Source of the DNA: Acidimicrobiia bacterium
Lineage (GTDB): Bacteria > Actinomycetota > Acidimicrobiia > Acidimicrobiales > SZUA-35
Direction: 5' to 3'
Length of the DNA stretch: 57,938 nt
Assembly (NCBI GenBank): GCA_003231975.1
Contig: QIKW01000043.1
Location: 1-57,938, forward strand
In this document: piece after piece, positions 56,221 through 57,938 of the stretch
Layout of the letters: each line of letters opens with the position of its first letter
How positions within the stretch are numbered: the stretch's first letter is position 1
Program-made: the position numbers and the translations under genes
Notes under the pieces: model-generated
Told to the model about the DNA's origin: nothing
The model's input: the letters and a program-made list of their open reading frames with translations, nothing else
Databases searched by the model: none

Positions 56221-57938
56221 TCAGAACCGGGCCTTGAATTCTTCGCTCTCTGAGAAGTTCAGCATCAACTCACCCCGTGTGGTGCCCTGATAGAGCCGCT
56301 CTACCCAGAACGCCAGACCAGGGCCGTCCGGCTCTCGTTTCATCACGTTTTGATAGACCAGCTCAACAAAGCCTTGGTTCGAAAGGGTGCCGTAGCGGGC
56401 CTTGAACTCACTTGAGTCTGAGAACATGTTGCTGACCCCCTGCAAGGGGATCTCGACATTGTTCCAGTAGGCCAAGCCAGACTTGTCTGCGTCTCGCAGG
56501 AAGTAGGCCCGATACAGCCGGGCCACCGGACCCTTGGTGTCGTACTCATAGATCATCTGGGTGGTGGCCTGAACGAACTCATCTGATTCTGAGAATGCGA
56601 TCATCAGATCGCCGCGGCTGAGGCTGGCGTCAAGCTGGCCAATCCAGTGGGCCCGACCCGTGGAGTCAGGTGAGCGATCAAGCACGTTGCTGTAAACCAG
56701 GTCAACGAACTGGCCGTTGCTGAGCGACCCGTAGCGACCAACGAACTCGGGCGACTCTGCGAATATCTGAGACACAACCGCCAGGCTGGCCCCCTGGACC
56801 ATTGAGGCCTTCCAGAAAGCTAGGCCCTCAGAATCCGGCAGCCGCTGGAAGTAGGCGTGATACAGCCTCATCAATTGCGAGCGTTGGTTCACCACCGGCA
56901 CCGAGCCGCCGCCATTGCCGCCCGACCCGCCCGCTCCTGGCGAACCAAGGAATCCAAGGCTGCCAAACGCGCCTCCAAGAATCTGGTTGGCGTCGGCGCC
57001 GAGCCAGCTGTCAAGCACGGTCGCATAGACCGAGCGGAAGTCAACCGTTACCTTCTGGTTGCCGCGCCGGTCTAGGTCATTGAGCGACGGGAACTCGCCG
57101 TAGAGGCCGCCAACCACGCCAGGGCCGATCGCCATGAGTGTTGAGGCCGACCCGTGGTCCATGCCGCCGGACTTGTTCGCCTTGGCCCGTCTGCCGAATT
57201 CTGAGATCGTCAGCACCGTTGTGCGGCTGGCAAAGCCGGAACTGAGCGTCTGATGGAACTGGGCCAGAGCTGCGTTGAACTCAGCCATTCTGCTTCCGTG
57301 CATTTCAGAGTGGCCCGCGTGCCCGTCAAAATCGCCGTATGCGATCTGGATCACCCGGATGCCAAGATTGGCGTTGATCAGCCGGGCCGCCAAGGTCATC
57401 TCGGCCGCCAGGTCTTCCTCCGGCAGTGCGACCGAGTACGTAGACGAGAGTTGAGCCGAAATTGCCAGAGATACGCGACCGGCCTCGGCCAGGTTGTCGC
57501 CAAGCGCTCCTAGGCCGGTGTTGCCAGCCCCCATAGCGTCTATGGCCGACACAATTCGAAGCTCCCAGTCGCTGGCCTCGTCTGGCCGAAACAAACCGTT
57601 CGGGTTGACGGGCAGCGCCGTTGCCTGCCTCGACTCGCCCTGCATGGAAAGCGGCACACTGCGACCGATCGCAACCGCGTGGAACGGATCAGCACCGCCC
57701 CCAAGGCCGTCAACGTAACGCCCAACCCAGCCCGAGGTCTGAGGTCCGTGACCTTGCCTTCCAGTCATCCAACGGGCGGCTGAAGTGAAGTGGCTGAGGT
57801 CATTCGTTGGGTCGCCAACGCCGTCGATCACAGCCACCTGGCCGCCCGAGAACAACTGCTGCACGTAGCCAAGCTCGGGGTGGAGCGAGCGATGCTGGGT
57901 TATTGGAAGGGCCGCCCCGGCTGAGATGGCGGCCGCCC
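56221..57938 (-). CDS. DUF1501 (sulfatase-fold) protein fused to four DUF4214 repeats; 5' end outside the window
   Basis: DUF1501-like motifs (YGDFDGHAGH, SEFGRRAKANKSGGMDHG), then GLAFW / GRAHW / GLAYW / GLAFW repeats. The frame stays open upstream of 57864 to the window edge. Confidence 0.8.
   Translation of the reverse strand, partial: AAAISAGAALPITQHRSLHPELGYVQQLFSGGQVAVIDGVGDPTNDLSHFTSAARWMTGRQGHGPQTSGWVGRYVDGLGGGADPFHAVAIGRSVPLSMQGESRQATALPVNPNGLFRPDEASDWELRIVSAIDAMGAGNTGLGALGDNLAEAGRVSLAISAQLSSTYSVALPEEDLAAEMTLAARLINANLGIRVIQIAYGDFDGHAGHSEMHGSRMAEFNAALAQFHQTLSSGFASRTTVLTISEFGRRAKANKSGGMDHGSASTLMAIGPGVVGGLYGEFPSLNDLDRRGNQKVTVDFRSVYATVLDSWLGADANQILGGAFGSLGFLGSPGAGGSGGNGGGSVPVVNQRSQLMRLYHAYFQRLPDSEGLAFWKASMVQGASLAVVSQIFAESPEFVGRYGSLSNGQFVDLVYSNVLDRSPDSTGRAHWIGQLDASLSRGDLMIAFSESDEFVQATTQMIYEYDTKGPVARLYRAYFLRDADKSGLAYWNNVEIPLQGVSNMFSDSSEFKARYGTLSNQGFVELVYQNVMKREPDGPGLAFWVERLYQGTTRGELMLNFSESEEFKARF

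Noticed and set aside
1-57938. Whole-window scan for CRISPR arrays, IS elements, integrases, prophage or defence-island genes.
   Set aside because: I found no spaced direct repeats, no transposase or integrase motifs, and no terminal inverted repeats. The window reads as core chromosome.

Overview
This is a GC-rich, tightly packed chromosomal segment of about 55 genes. The gene content looks like Actinomycetota, possibly an Acidimicrobiia-type lineage; that is inference from content only. Most of it is ordinary core metabolism: glutamate synthase gltBD, H+/K+-pyrophosphatase hppA, trkAH, gamma-glutamyltransferase, an acyl-CoA synthetase, psuG, an M18 aminopeptidase, a SNF2/HelZ-like helicase, a molybdopterin oxidoreductase, and several regulators and transporters. 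I saw no transposase, integrase, CRISPR array, rRNA or tRNA. Many genes are translationally coupled through ATGA/GTGA overlaps. The strongest finding is a SelW/Rdx-fold gene at 38602-38877 with an in-frame TGA exactly at the CxxU redox position and a SECIS-like hairpin just downstream. This is a likely selenoprotein that the ORF track shows only as a truncated 69-aa ORF. It sits in a small redox cluster with a PaaX-type regulator, a membrane desaturase and a flavodoxin. A conservon-type cassette (sensor-kinase-like, Roadblock/LC7, DUF742, small GTPase) lies at 9066-12607. Its kinase has no extracytoplasmic sensor domain, carries a low-complexity tail of about 370 aa, and contains a perfect 15-bp x4 tandem repeat. 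A DUF4388 gene and an XRE regulator flank it. Two exported proteins have unusual DUF4214 fusions: a zincin-like one, and a DUF1501 protein with four DUF4214 repeats. Smaller observations are a 387-bp convergent gene overlap that looks like a stop-loss, probable gene remnants (MFS, PPOX, a frameshifted secreted protein), a low-GC orphan ORF, divergent start codons sharing CATG/CATATG palindromes, and a MerR-style promoter candidate. All family assignments rest on motifs recognised by eye, not on database searches.
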